From an uncultured Rhodospirillaceae bacterium (lineage in GTDB: Bacteria > Pseudomonadota > Alphaproteobacteria > Rhodospirillales > UBA2165), in contig CAZXSC010000004.1 in assembly GCA_964643045.1 (NCBI GenBank), positions 2,208 through 66,207 of the forward strand: a stretch of DNA of 64,000 nt, given 5' to 3'. Below, piece by piece: positions 19,331-29,314 of the stretch. The translations under genes were made by a program, and so were the position numbers. The notes under the pieces were generated by a model, which was given only the letters and a program-made list of their open reading frames with translations, did no database searches and was not told the origin of the DNA. The stretch's first letter is position 1. The number at the start of each line of letters is the position of its first letter.

Positions 19331-20407
19331 TCATGACAGATTAACACTCTGTCGCTTACGCCCCCAAGTGCCCGGTGGCCCTTCGAATACACCCGCACAC
19401 TCAGTGCCACATTTTTGGCACTGACCCCCTGGCGTCAATGCCCATGCAGAAAGATCATACCAATCTCGACCGATTATAATTTCACTGCATTTATGGCAAT
19501 AGGTGCTAGATCCATTAAAATCGTGTATGTTGCCTAAATACACATAACGCAGTCCATGCCTTAGTGCAATTTTGCGCGCCTTAAACAAAGTGCTCGCCGG
19601 AGTATTGGATTTATCCAACATTTTCCAATCAGGATGAAAAGCTGAGAAATGTAACGGAACGTCGGGTCCAAGGTGCTCCATTATCCACTCGCATTCTTTA
19701 TTAATTTCACTTTCCGAGTCGTTTTCTCCTGGAATTAATAGTGTCGTTATTTCAAACCAGACTTTAGTTTCATTCTTAAGATATATCAGCGTCTCCAGAA
19801 CACCATCTAAATGTGCAGAACATAACTCCATATAAAATTTGTTGGTGAAAGCTTTAAGATCAATATTAGCGGCATCAATATACTGATAAAATTCTTTGCG
19901 CGGATCTGGTGAAATGTAACCGGCAGTTACAGCGACGGTTCTGATATTCTTTTCGTGGCAGGCTTGAGCTACATCGATTGCATATTCCATAAAAATCACT
20001 GGATCATTGTACGTAAAAGCAACACTTTTACAGCCCATCTTTTTCGCAGCGGCAGCAATTTTTTCTGGGCTGGCATGGTTTGCAAGTTTGTCCATTTCTC
20101 GCGATTTAGAGATATCGTGGTTCTGGCAGAACTTACAGGTCAAATTACACCCAGCTGTTCCAAAAGAAAGTACCGGAGTACCGGGGAAGAAATGATTAAG
20201 TGGTTTTTTCTCTATAGGATCTATACAAAAGCCTGAAGAACGACCATAAGTCGTAAGGACAATCCGATCTTCTTCACGTGACCTTACAAAACACAATCCC
20301 CTCTGTCCTTCATTAAGTTTGCATTCACGAGGACAAACGTCGCATTGAATGCGTCCGTCATCAAGAGGTCTCCAATATTTGGTTTCGTGGTTCATAGTGG
20401 TTTTCAA
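19331..20407 (-). CDS. AmmeMemoRadiSam system radical SAM enzyme
   Basis: CxxxCxxC as CNLTCKFC (20126-20149). Extra Cys clusters occur at the N-terminus (CDVCPRECK) and the C-terminus (CHKC...CQKCGTEC). It is divergent from a Memo-AMMECR1 gene. Confidence 0.85.
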   Translation of the reverse strand: MKTTMNHETKYWRPLDDGRIQCDVCPRECKLNEGQRGLCFVRSREEDRIVLTTYGRSSGFCIDPIEKKPLNHFFPGTPVLSFGTAGCNLTCKFCQNHDISKSREMDKLANHASPEKIAAAAKKMGCKSVAFTYNDPVIFMEYAIDVAQACHEKNIRTVAVTAGYISPDPRKEFYQYIDAANIDLKAFTNKFYMELCSAHLDGVLETLIYLKNETKVWFEITTLLIPGENDSESEINKECEWIMEHLGPDVPLHFSAFHPDWKMLDKSNTPASTLFKARKIALRHGLRYVYLGNIHDFNGSSTYCHKCSEIIIGRDWYDLSAWALTPGGQCQKCGTECAGVFEGPPGTWGRKRQSVNLS

Positions 20408-20647
20408 ATTATTCCTTTCGAATAATAATAAAGTAATTCTATAATATAGCGAACAATGAAATGCTTTCGACTCGTACGAGATCTAAAACCTTATCGTCAG
20501 TTGCTAAATATATAATATTCAAGATTGTATCGGGTATTAAATTTTAATGAAAAAAAATCGCTCTTTGTTAAAACTAATGCTAATCTGTTAATTGAATATT
20601 ATTCCAAACTAAGAGACTTAAGTCGACAAGATTGAGGTATTAAGACC

Positions 20648-22114
20648 ATGAGATTAAATTTTGCCTCAGACCGTGTACGCTCACCGGCAGTCGCGGGAAT
20701 ATTTTATCCGAACGATCCGGATGAGCTTGGGGCAACAATCCAACGTTATTTAGAAGAAGCGGAAAATATTTTTGAACCGGCGGTCACTGCACCAAAGGCG
20801 ATTATAGCACCCCACGCAGGTTACATTTATTCGGGTTTAACGGCAGCAGCTGTTTACAATCGACTTCGTCCTGCGCGGGAAATTATCAAGCGTGTCATCA
20901 TTTTAGGACCCTGTCATAAAGTCGCAGTGAGAGGTTTGGCGCTTCCAAACGATGAAATTTTTCGAACTCCACTCGGCGACGTGCAAATAGATATGGCAGC
21001 TGTGCAAAAACTCAAGCACCTGGCACATGTAAATACTTTCAATGAAACTCATATCGAAGATCATAGTATCGAGATACATCTCCCTTTCTTACAAAAAATT
21101 ATCGGAGAATTTAAACTTGTACCCCTCATCGTAGGCGAAGCAGGCCCTGAACAAGTGTCTCAAGTACTGGAAATTCTTTGGGGTGGAGCCGAGACTTTAA
21201 TTCTCATTTCATCAGATCTTAGTCACTACTTGGATTATGACGAAGCCAAATCACTGGATGATCACACTCGTCAAGCTATTGAGCGCATGGATCTGACTGC
21301 GATCGACCAGGAACAGGCCTGTGGACGCCATTCTATTAAAGGTCTTTTGTCACTTGCCAGAAATAAAGGCCTTTCGGTAAAAACTGCGGATATTAGAAAT
21401 TCAGGAGATACTGCGGGGACTAAAGAAAGGGTCGTTGGCTATGGTTCCTGGTATTTTGATGAAAATTCGAACGTTAAATTAGATACGCAAAACAAGATGG
21501 AAACTATAACAAATGATATGTTAGAACAATATGGTAGCACTTTATTGCATGCTGCAGCTTCTGCTATTTTAAAAAAATTATCCCCAACCAAGATAAAGAA
21601 AATCAGCCCAAAAGAATCTGATAACATACTCAATGAGCCAGGAGCTTCTTTTGTAACCCTCAACAAGAAAGGCCGCCTGCGCGGTTGCATAGGCTCTATT
21701 CAGGCATGGCAACCCCTAATAGATGATATCACCCAAAATGCCTGCAAAGCAGCTTTTGAGGATAGTCGATTCCAAAAACTTTCCCTGGAAGAAATTAAAA
21801 CGGGAGAAATTGAGATATCCATATCGATATTAAGCCCACAAATACAAATGTACTTTTCGGATGAACTTGATCTACTCGCCCAAATCCGGCCCGGTATAGA
21901 CGGCATCGTGTTAACTGAGGGCATTCAATATAGGGGTGTTTTTCTCCCTGCCGTTTGGGACCAAATACCTGATCCCAAACAATTTATTCACCAATTGAAA
22001 CGTAAGTCTGGCTTACCCGAGAATTATTGGTCGGGGTCAATCCAAGCCTGGCGTTTTAGTGCCGCAAGCGCATCATCCGTAGATTTAGCAGCCGAGAACG
22101 TCTGGGGTCTATAG
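20648..22114 (+). CDS. Fusion of AmmeMemoRadiSam system protein B (Memo-like) and protein A (AMMECR1 domain)
   Basis: The N-terminal half has Memo motifs (AGIFYP, APHAGYIYSG, SSDLSHY). The C-terminal half has the AMMECR1 motif GASFVTLNKKGRLRGCIGS. A ~50-aa linker joins them. Confidence 0.85.
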   Translation: MRLNFASDRVRSPAVAGIFYPNDPDELGATIQRYLEEAENIFEPAVTAPKAIIAPHAGYIYSGLTAAAVYNRLRPAREIIKRVIILGPCHKVAVRGLALPNDEIFRTPLGDVQIDMAAVQKLKHLAHVNTFNETHIEDHSIEIHLPFLQKIIGEFKLVPLIVGEAGPEQVSQVLEILWGGAETLILISSDLSHYLDYDEAKSLDDHTRQAIERMDLTAIDQEQACGRHSIKGLLSLARNKGLSVKTADIRNSGDTAGTKERVVGYGSWYFDENSNVKLDTQNKMETITNDMLEQYGSTLLHAAASAILKKLSPTKIKKISPKESDNILNEPGASFVTLNKKGRLRGCIGSIQAWQPLIDDITQNACKAAFEDSRFQKLSLEEIKTGEIEISISILSPQIQMYFSDELDLLAQIRPGIDGIVLTEGIQYRGVFLPAVWDQIPDPKQFIHQLKRKSGLPENYWSGSIQAWRFSAASASSVDLAAENVWGL

Positions 22115-22178
22115 ATCCCCATTTCCTTAAGCAGAGTAGTAAAAAATCTAAGTTCATTAGCCTGCCGAAAGATTATAA

Positions 22179-23063
22179 TTGAAACAAAAATACGAAGATA
22201 GCCTGAATGAGCGTGGAAAACTTTACCGCGCTGTTTTTTGGATGATTGGAACTCTCGCTTCGTTTACAACAATGGCAATTGCGACTCGCGAGTTGACGAG
22301 TACTATGGATCCTTTTGCAATTGTTTTTTTAAGAACCTCTGTTGCGCTTACCGTGATTTCAATAATTGTAATGCACCGTGGTTGGAGAACCATTTCAACT
22401 CAGAACTTACCAATCCATATTTTCAGAAACACCATTCATTATCTAGGTAATTTGACCTGGATTATCGGAGTTGGCCTAATTCCATTGGCTCAAGTCTTTT
22501 CTCTAGAATTCAGCGCGCCAATTTGGGTTACTATACTTGCTGTGTTGTTCCTAAAAGAGAAACTAACCTTCGGAAAATTAACAGCTATTGTTTTTGGATT
22601 TACCGGCATTTTAGTTATTCTTCGTCCTGGCTTCATCCCAATTGATCAAGGCTCTGTTGCCGTTCTGTGCGCAGCTTTTTGTTTTGCAACCGTGCATGTT
22701 ATTACTAAGTCATTATCCAGAACTGACACACCCCTTACAATTTTATTTTTAATGTACACTATGCAATTGCCAATTAGTGCCATTGGGGCATATTTATTTT
22801 GGACATTACCTTCGTGGTCAGATTTACCCTGGATTTTACTAGTGGGGCTAACATCCCTCACAGCTCATTACAGTATGACACGCGCGATGATGCTAGCTGA
22901 TGTAACCGTTGTCATACCCATTGACTTTATGCGAATGCCGATAATCGCTGTAATAGGATATTATTTCTATACGGAGCCTTTTTCCATTTGGGTGTTTATA
23001 GGTGCAATACTAATCTTCAGCGGAATTTATTTTAATATTCAACAGGAGCGAGAAAATATGTGA
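22179..23063 (+). CDS. DMT superfamily (EamA-like) transporter
   Basis: Ten predicted TM helices in a two-EamA-repeat layout. The start is uncertain: TTG 22179 or ATG 22242. Confidence 0.75.
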   Translation: MKQKYEDSLNERGKLYRAVFWMIGTLASFTTMAIATRELTSTMDPFAIVFLRTSVALTVISIIVMHRGWRTISTQNLPIHIFRNTIHYLGNLTWIIGVGLIPLAQVFSLEFSAPIWVTILAVLFLKEKLTFGKLTAIVFGFTGILVILRPGFIPIDQGSVAVLCAAFCFATVHVITKSLSRTDTPLTILFLMYTMQLPISAIGAYLFWTLPSWSDLPWILLVGLTSLTAHYSMTRAMMLADVTVVIPIDFMRMPIIAVIGYYFYTEPFSIWVFIGAILIFSGIYFNIQQERENM

Positions 23064-23153
23064 ATTACTGCCAAATTATTAAAGTGGCCGTCATAGAATT
23101 TATTTGCTAAAGGCATGACTAAAAACATTTAAAATAGATATTCGGAGAAAGTT

Positions 23154-23639
23154 ATGACAATTAATGTCCGCCGTATTGTTACCTCCCACGCTACCAATGG
23201 GAAAGCGATCGTAGGTACAGATGAAATAATGGAAAATGTACAACAATTGCGTTCTGGCAATTTTGAAACATTACTTTGGGTTACTGAAGAGACCCCTGCA
23301 AATGTCAACGCTGACGACCCAACAGCTACTCCGCGAGATATCGAACCGCCTAAAAAGGGGTCGATTTTTCGCATCTTAGAATTAATACCAGGCAAGGAAG
23401 CTTACATGCACCGAACGGATACAATTGATTATGCTATATGCCTCTCCGGTAAATGCGAAATGTATTTAGATGAAGGTGACAAAATTGATTTTAACACTGG
23501 TGATGTTATGGTTCAAAGGGCAACTATGCATGGATGGGCCAACCCCTTTTCTGAACCCTGCCAAATCGCTTTTATTCTGATCGGTTCTAGTCCGCCGGCT
23601 AAACACTGGCATGAAGAAGCTGAAAAGGCAAAATCGTAA
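23154..23639 (+). CDS. Cupin domain protein
   Basis: 161 aa. The beta-barrel region has HRTDTIDYAICLSG...MHGW, typical of small cupins. Function unknown. Confidence 0.6.
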   Translation: MTINVRRIVTSHATNGKAIVGTDEIMENVQQLRSGNFETLLWVTEETPANVNADDPTATPRDIEPPKKGSIFRILELIPGKEAYMHRTDTIDYAICLSGKCEMYLDEGDKIDFNTGDVMVQRATMHGWANPFSEPCQIAFILIGSSPPAKHWHEEAEKAKS

Positions 23640-23650
23640 AGGATATTTTT

Positions 23651-24415
23651 TTGTTTCCAAACTTAACCGACGATGAAATCAACGTATTAATTAATCTCGC
23701 TAGAATGGCTGGAGACACAATACTTGAAATATATCAAACTGAATTCAAGGTGCGGGAAAAAATTGATAATTCTCCCGTCACAGAGGCTGATGAAAAAGCC
23801 GAATCGATGATATTAACCGGGTTGGCTGAATTTGCTCCTGGAATTCCAGCCTTAGGTGAAGAATCGTATTCAGCTGGCATACGACCTGACATCAGTGGCG
23901 GTGTATTTTGGCTGGTTGATGCTCTAGACGGTACCAGAGAGTTTGTAAGCAAACGTGACGAGTTTACTGTAAATATTGCCCTCATTCAGACAGGAATTCC
24001 TATCTTTGGAATTGTCCACGCGCCTGCAATTTCAAGAACGTTCTGGGGTGGTCCATCGGGAGCTTTCTGCAAAGATCGCTCAGAACCAAAAAGATCAATT
24101 ACAACACGGCATCCATCCAAAGAAGGGCTTACCGTCGTTGCCAGTCGCTTCAAACGAGATGGCGAAGATGATTTTCTTGCAAAATACAAAGTGAAGAATA
24201 CTATAAATATAGGGAGTTCCCTAAAAATTTGTCTTATTGCAGCAGGTGAAGCCGACATTTATCCGCGGTTAGGACCAACTTCGGAATGGGACATAGCTGC
24301 TGGGCATGCTATTTTGACTGCCGCAGGTGGCTCAATAACAAAGATCGATGGATCACCTTTTCTTTATGGCAAAAAGAATATTCGAAATCCTTTTTTTGTC
24401 GCTAAGGGAAAATAA
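23651..24415 (+). CDS. cysQ: 3'(2'),5'-bisphosphate nucleotidase (inositol monophosphatase family)
   Basis: Motifs SPVTEADEKAE, WLVDALDGTREF and EWDIAAGHAIL. The start is TTG. Confidence 0.85.
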   Translation: MFPNLTDDEINVLINLARMAGDTILEIYQTEFKVREKIDNSPVTEADEKAESMILTGLAEFAPGIPALGEESYSAGIRPDISGGVFWLVDALDGTREFVSKRDEFTVNIALIQTGIPIFGIVHAPAISRTFWGGPSGAFCKDRSEPKRSITTRHPSKEGLTVVASRFKRDGEDDFLAKYKVKNTINIGSSLKICLIAAGEADIYPRLGPTSEWDIAAGHAILTAAGGSITKIDGSPFLYGKKNIRNPFFVAKGK

Positions 24416-24439
24416 TAATATTGTATTAGAATTATTACC

Positions 24440-25384
24440 ATGAAAACCAAGTTGTTAAGTTCAGCAAGAGCAGGAATAAAAACGGCCGCAAAACAATTAC
24501 GGGCTGGAAAGCTGGTTGCTTTTCCCACTGAAACTGTCTATGGCCTCGGTGCCAATGCATACATGAACAATGCCGTGGCCCATATTTTTGAAGCTAAGAA
24601 CCGCCCTAGTTTTAACCCGCTAATTGTACATTTTGGCAGTGTAGAAGATGTTAAAAGTCAAGTTTTCTGGAATGAACGGTCGGAAATGCTCGCTAGGGCA
24701 TTTTGGCCTGGAGCCCTAACAATTGTTTTAAACAAAAATCAAAATTGCCAGTTGTCACAGTTAATCAGTGCTGGATTAAACACTATCGCTGTTCGGGTTC
24801 CCGATCACAATGTGGCCCAAAATCTAATTAAAGAAGCTGCCTGCCCCATAGCCGCCCCAAGCGCCAATTTATCAGGAAAAACAAGCCCCACAAATGCGGA
24901 ACATGTCCACGCATCTCTCAACGGCAAAATTCCTTATATCGTTAATGGGGGGAACTGTAAAATTGGTGTAGAATCCACGGTTGTTGATTTATCAGGAAAA
25001 ACTCCGGTAATTTTGCGGCCTGGAGGCGTTACTAGGGAGCAACTCAACAAGACGATTGGACCCGTGTCTGTCTTTGACGAGGATGCCGAAATATTATCCC
25101 CCGGAATGCTAAAGCGCCATTATGCTCCAAACACACATATTCGTATAAATGCGACCGATTTTTTAAGCAACGAAAATGTGATTGGATTTGGGCCCAACGC
25201 ACCCATTTCAGCCCTTAATCTTAGCCCAACAGAGGATTTAATCGAAGCAGCAGCTAATCTATTCGGCATTATGCATAAATTAGACAAACCGGGTGCTAAT
25301 CCAATTGCAGTAATGCCAATACCAGAAATAGGATTAGGGGTGGCAATCAACGACCGTTTGCGTCGAGCCGCCGCTAATGGATAA
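24440..25384 (+). CDS. L-threonylcarbamoyladenylate synthase, long Sua5/TsaC2 form (YrdC + Sua5 domains)
   Basis: FPTETVYGLGANA, RPSFNPLIVH and SANLSG are present. The 314-aa length implies the C-terminal Sua5 domain. Confidence 0.9.
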   Translation: MKTKLLSSARAGIKTAAKQLRAGKLVAFPTETVYGLGANAYMNNAVAHIFEAKNRPSFNPLIVHFGSVEDVKSQVFWNERSEMLARAFWPGALTIVLNKNQNCQLSQLISAGLNTIAVRVPDHNVAQNLIKEAACPIAAPSANLSGKTSPTNAEHVHASLNGKIPYIVNGGNCKIGVESTVVDLSGKTPVILRPGGVTREQLNKTIGPVSVFDEDAEILSPGMLKRHYAPNTHIRINATDFLSNENVIGFGPNAPISALNLSPTEDLIEAAANLFGIMHKLDKPGANPIAVMPIPEIGLGVAINDRLRRAAANG

Positions 25385-25391
25385 TTAAATT

Positions 25392-26798
25392 ATGACTATG
25401 AACCGAGCTATTATCAAAAGAATGTCAGATATCGTAGGACCAAAGGGTATAATTTATGAAGTAGCTGACATGAAGCCCTATTTGCACGAAGAGCGTGGTT
25501 TAGAAAAAGGAAATGCGGATCTTGTGATTCGTCCAGACTGTGTGGAGGGCATATCATCAATCGTAAAAATTTGTAATGAAAAGAAAATACCTATTGTGCC
25601 GGTTGGTGGCAGTACAGGCCTAGTTGGCGGAACTGTAGCAAAAGGTGGTGTGGTTTTAGCAACAGACCGTCTAAGTTCCATTATTGATGTTGATCCTCTC
25701 AATAAAACCATAACCGTAGAAGCCGGTTGTATTCTAGCTAATGTTCAACTGGCAGCAGCTGAAAAAAATTGTTTATTTCCACTTAGCCTAGGAGCAGAAG
25801 GAAGCTGCCGTATTGGGGGAAATTTATCGACAAACGCGGGAGGCGTTAATGTCTTAAGGTACGGAAATATGCGTGATTTAGTTCTTGGCTTAGAAGTAAT
25901 TTTGCCAAATGGTGAAGTTTGGAACGGACTTAATAGACTCCGTAAAGACAATATGGGATATGATTTGAAACAACTATTTATTGGCGCGGAGGGTACGTTA
26001 GGCATAATAACCAAAGCCGTATTAAAGCTTTTTCCAGCGCCAAAAATCGCAATAACAACCTTGGTGGCCATGCCAAAACTTGATTGTATTTTAGATCTTT
26101 TTGATCAAACTAGAGAGCTCTGTGGCGATCGACTAACGGCGTTTGAATTAATTTCTAGAATTGGAATTGAACTAGGGAAAGCGCATATACCTGGGGTCAA
26201 GGACCCTTTTGCGAGGCTGCATCCGTATTATGCTCTCATAGAATTAACGTCAACCCACGTTCACGAAAATTTGCGAATCCAGATTGAGTCTATTTTGGAA
26301 AGTGCTCTTGAAAATGGCGTTATTTCTGATGCGGTGATCGCTGAAAACGATTCCCAACGCAAAGAATTGTGGAAAATTCGCGAAGAAATTCCGGCTGCGC
26401 AGTCGTGCGAAGGTGGCAGCATCAAACATGATATATCAGTACCCGTCTCAAGTACGGTGGATTTTATTCTGGAAGCGACAAAACGCGTTTTAAAAGTAAT
26501 GCCCGGTATTCGACCCTGCCCTTTTGGGCACATCGGAGATGGTAATATACATTATAACTTAACCCAGCCTAACGGTATGGAAAAAGAAATTTTTATGGCA
26601 AAATCCTCGAAAATTAATAGTATAGTTTACGATCTGGTAACTGAAATGAACGGTAGTATTAGTGCTGAGCATGGGATCGGATCCTTCAAACGGGAAGAGC
26701 TAGCTTATTATGCCTCACCGACAAAACTCTCGCTAATAAAAATTATTAAGCAAGCTATTGATCCTAAAAATATTATGAATCCGGGGAAAATTTTATAA
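25392..26798 (+). CDS. FAD-binding oxidoreductase (GlcD / D-2-hydroxyacid dehydrogenase family)
   Basis: PCMH-type FAD domain (PVGGSTGLVGG) and a C-terminal FAD-linked oxidase domain (ISAEHGIG, IMNPGKIL). Confidence 0.85.
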   Translation: MTMNRAIIKRMSDIVGPKGIIYEVADMKPYLHEERGLEKGNADLVIRPDCVEGISSIVKICNEKKIPIVPVGGSTGLVGGTVAKGGVVLATDRLSSIIDVDPLNKTITVEAGCILANVQLAAAEKNCLFPLSLGAEGSCRIGGNLSTNAGGVNVLRYGNMRDLVLGLEVILPNGEVWNGLNRLRKDNMGYDLKQLFIGAEGTLGIITKAVLKLFPAPKIAITTLVAMPKLDCILDLFDQTRELCGDRLTAFELISRIGIELGKAHIPGVKDPFARLHPYYALIELTSTHVHENLRIQIESILESALENGVISDAVIAENDSQRKELWKIREEIPAAQSCEGGSIKHDISVPVSSTVDFILEATKRVLKVMPGIRPCPFGHIGDGNIHYNLTQPNGMEKEIFMAKSSKINSIVYDLVTEMNGSISAEHGIGSFKREELAYYASPTKLSLIKIIKQAIDPKNIMNPGKIL

Positions 26799-27085
26799 AG
26801 AAGTGTTTATAAAAATTTGTCAAGACGTTCTAATAACGATACCTGAAAAGTAAATCCGCCCAGATCTTTGTAAACACGGTGATTAAAATGGAAAAATACT
26901 AATTGGACCAAAAACTAAACGTTATTGCTATAAATACATGATTGCACAGTGATAAATGCTAAATTTACTATTCGTAATGACATACCTCGAGAGCGCCTGA
27001 ATTTTCTATTATTTATTGATGCCAAAGCGCAAATTCAACTATAAGATGATAGCCCAATAATCCAAACGTTTAGCTCCAATGGAGA

Positions 27086-28198
27086 ATGCATAGCTTGAAT
27101 CAAATAAATAAGTATCTAATACGGCAACTCGTTCTTTCAACTTTCCTTATTGGATCGGTAATGACTGGTGTAATTTGGTTATTCGTTGCAGTCCGGGCAG
27201 TTGAACATATTATAAACCGCGGGGTATCAGTAAAAATATTCTTATATTTGAGTGTACTTCAGATTCCAAACTTTTTGGTCCACATAGTTCCGTTTGCAGT
27301 TTTCATCGCAATCCTTTTTGTATACAGTCGCCTGAATTCAGATCGCGAGCAGGTAGTTTTGCAGGCCGCTGGCATCAGTCCGATTTCACTTTCAAAACCC
27401 GCCTTGTTTCTAGCACTTATTGCTGTAATAATTGGCTATTGTTTTACCCTTTACATGACACCAAAATCATACCAAGGCTTTCGCAACCTCCAGTGGGATA
27501 TAAGATACAGCTTCGCTCACGTGCTACTTAAGGAAGGTGTATTTAATTCTATTTCTGATCGGATTACTATCTTTGTACGAGAACGAAAAGGCCAGTCCGA
27601 GCTTCACGGAATTCTTTATCATGATACTCAAAAAGTAGATAAGCCAGTAACTATTATTGCCAAACGGGGTGTGCTAACCAAAAGCCCAGAAGGAGCCCGC
27701 GTCACCGTTTTCGATGGGAACAGACAGGAAATGCAAAAGAAAAATAATAAGCTTTCCGTCCTTTACTTTGATCAATATACGATCGACATAACGCAGTTCA
27801 CGCCCAAACCTGAAAGTCGCTTTCGTGAGGCTCGAGAACGTACCATTGCTGAATTATTGAGCTTAAAAAAAGAAGACGTTGGAAATCCGAGAGACTATGG
27901 TAAATTTAAGGTCGAAGGTCATCAGCGATTAACTACACCAATAAATACCTTTGTATTTGCACTGGTTGCCCTTGCCTGTCTTTTGCTTGGTGATTTTTCG
28001 CGGCGAGGGCAGTCGAAACGTATTATACTTGCAGCAATTATTTTTATCGCTCTCTGGCTAAGCAATTTGGGTATTGTCAATATTAGCGCTAAAAACCTCG
28101 AAATTGTACCTATCCTATACATGTCTGTTTTTGCACCAGTAATAATCGTACTATCGCTATTAATATTAAATCCACGATTCAAGAAATTTCAGAAATGA
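27086..28198 (+). CDS. lptF: LPS export ABC transporter permease LptF
   Basis: YjgP/YjgQ-type: 6 TM helices with a central periplasmic beta-jellyroll. Followed by lptG and lptD. Confidence 0.85.
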   Translation: MHSLNQINKYLIRQLVLSTFLIGSVMTGVIWLFVAVRAVEHIINRGVSVKIFLYLSVLQIPNFLVHIVPFAVFIAILFVYSRLNSDREQVVLQAAGISPISLSKPALFLALIAVIIGYCFTLYMTPKSYQGFRNLQWDIRYSFAHVLLKEGVFNSISDRITIFVRERKGQSELHGILYHDTQKVDKPVTIIAKRGVLTKSPEGARVTVFDGNRQEMQKKNNKLSVLYFDQYTIDITQFTPKPESRFREARERTIAELLSLKKEDVGNPRDYGKFKVEGHQRLTTPINTFVFALVALACLLLGDFSRRGQSKRIILAAIIFIALWLSNLGIVNISAKNLEIVPILYMSVFAPVIIVLSLLILNPRFKKFQK

Positions 28199-28209
28199 GG
28201 AAAAGATAA

Positions 28210-29310
28210 TTGCGCCTATCTCTGACATTGACACGTTATATCGGGAAAAATTTTTTACGCAACTTTATGGCTATTTTTGTTATATTCCTTACAATCATTT
28301 TCCTTATTGATATTATAGAATTACTCCGTAGGGCCTCAAACCACAACGACGTAGGTCTTGGTCTAATCATTAAAATGGGCGTAATGAAACTGCCTTTTAT
28401 GGCACAACAGATATTCCCATTCGCAGTATTGTTTGGCGGTATGGCATCATTCTGGGCTCTCACACGAAGTAGCGAGTTAGTCGTAACTAGGTCAGCAGGA
28501 GTATCAGCTTGGCAATTTCTAATGCCTGTAATGTTCTTAGCTTTCATGTTAGGTGTTCTTAAAATTTCGGCATTCAACCCGCTCGCTTCAGCCATGTTAT
28601 CAAAATATGATCGCTTAAACGCTGTTCATTTTCAAGGACAGTCCAACTTGTTAGCAGTTTCCAAGAATGGTCTTTGGCTGAGACAATCTAGTGGAAAGGA
28701 TCAGTCTGTTATCCATGCTCCTAAAATAACGATCGTAGACAATGAAATTGCTTTGGCCAATGTTTCAATTTTTGTTTATGAAGGAGCAGATAAATTTTTA
28801 ATGAGAATAGACGCTAAAAAAGGCTTTCTTGAGCAGGGTTTTTGGCAATTACAAAACGTTTATATAAATGAAAAGGAAAAAAAACCTCAATTTAAAGAGG
28901 AATTCCGGATAAAAACCGATATCACCTTAAATAAAATTCACGAGAGCTTTTCTCCTCCCGAAACAATGTCTTTCTGGCATTTACCAGATTTTATCTCTAA
29001 CTTAGAAAAATCAGGATTCTCGGCACTTCGTCATCGTCTTTATTGGCACTCCTTATTGTCGGCTCCCCTTTTACTTTGTGCAATGGTGTTAATCGCGGCA
29101 ACCTTCACACTTAGACAATCGAGACAAGGAAGCGCCACGTACGTCCTCGTGGGTGGTATTTTGACGGGATTCGTACTATTTTTCCTGTCAGATGTAGTAT
29201 TCGCCCTAGGATTACGTGAAAGTATTCCGGTCGTATTAGCTGCTTGGACCCCCTCAGGCATCTCGATGCTTCTGGGACTAACAATGGTTTTTCATTTGGA
29301 AGACGGCTAA
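28210..29310 (+). CDS. lptG: LPS export ABC transporter permease LptG
   Basis: Paralogous YjgP/YjgQ layout. TTG start 11 nt after the lptF stop. Confidence 0.85.
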   Translation: MRLSLTLTRYIGKNFLRNFMAIFVIFLTIIFLIDIIELLRRASNHNDVGLGLIIKMGVMKLPFMAQQIFPFAVLFGGMASFWALTRSSELVVTRSAGVSAWQFLMPVMFLAFMLGVLKISAFNPLASAMLSKYDRLNAVHFQGQSNLLAVSKNGLWLRQSSGKDQSVIHAPKITIVDNEIALANVSIFVYEGADKFLMRIDAKKGFLEQGFWQLQNVYINEKEKKPQFKEEFRIKTDITLNKIHESFSPPETMSFWHLPDFISNLEKSGFSALRHRLYWHSLLSAPLLLCAMVLIAATFTLRQSRQGSATYVLVGGILTGFVLFFLSDVVFALGLRESIPVVLAAWTPSGISMLLGLTMVFHLEDG

Positions 29311-29314
29311 GGCC

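Noticed and set aside
20471-20480. Perfect 10-nt palindrome CTCGTACGAG in the divergent AmmeMemoRadiSam promoter region, considered as a possible operator.
   Set aside because: A 10-nt palindrome is expected roughly once per kilobase by chance. There is no second half-site or repeat nearby.
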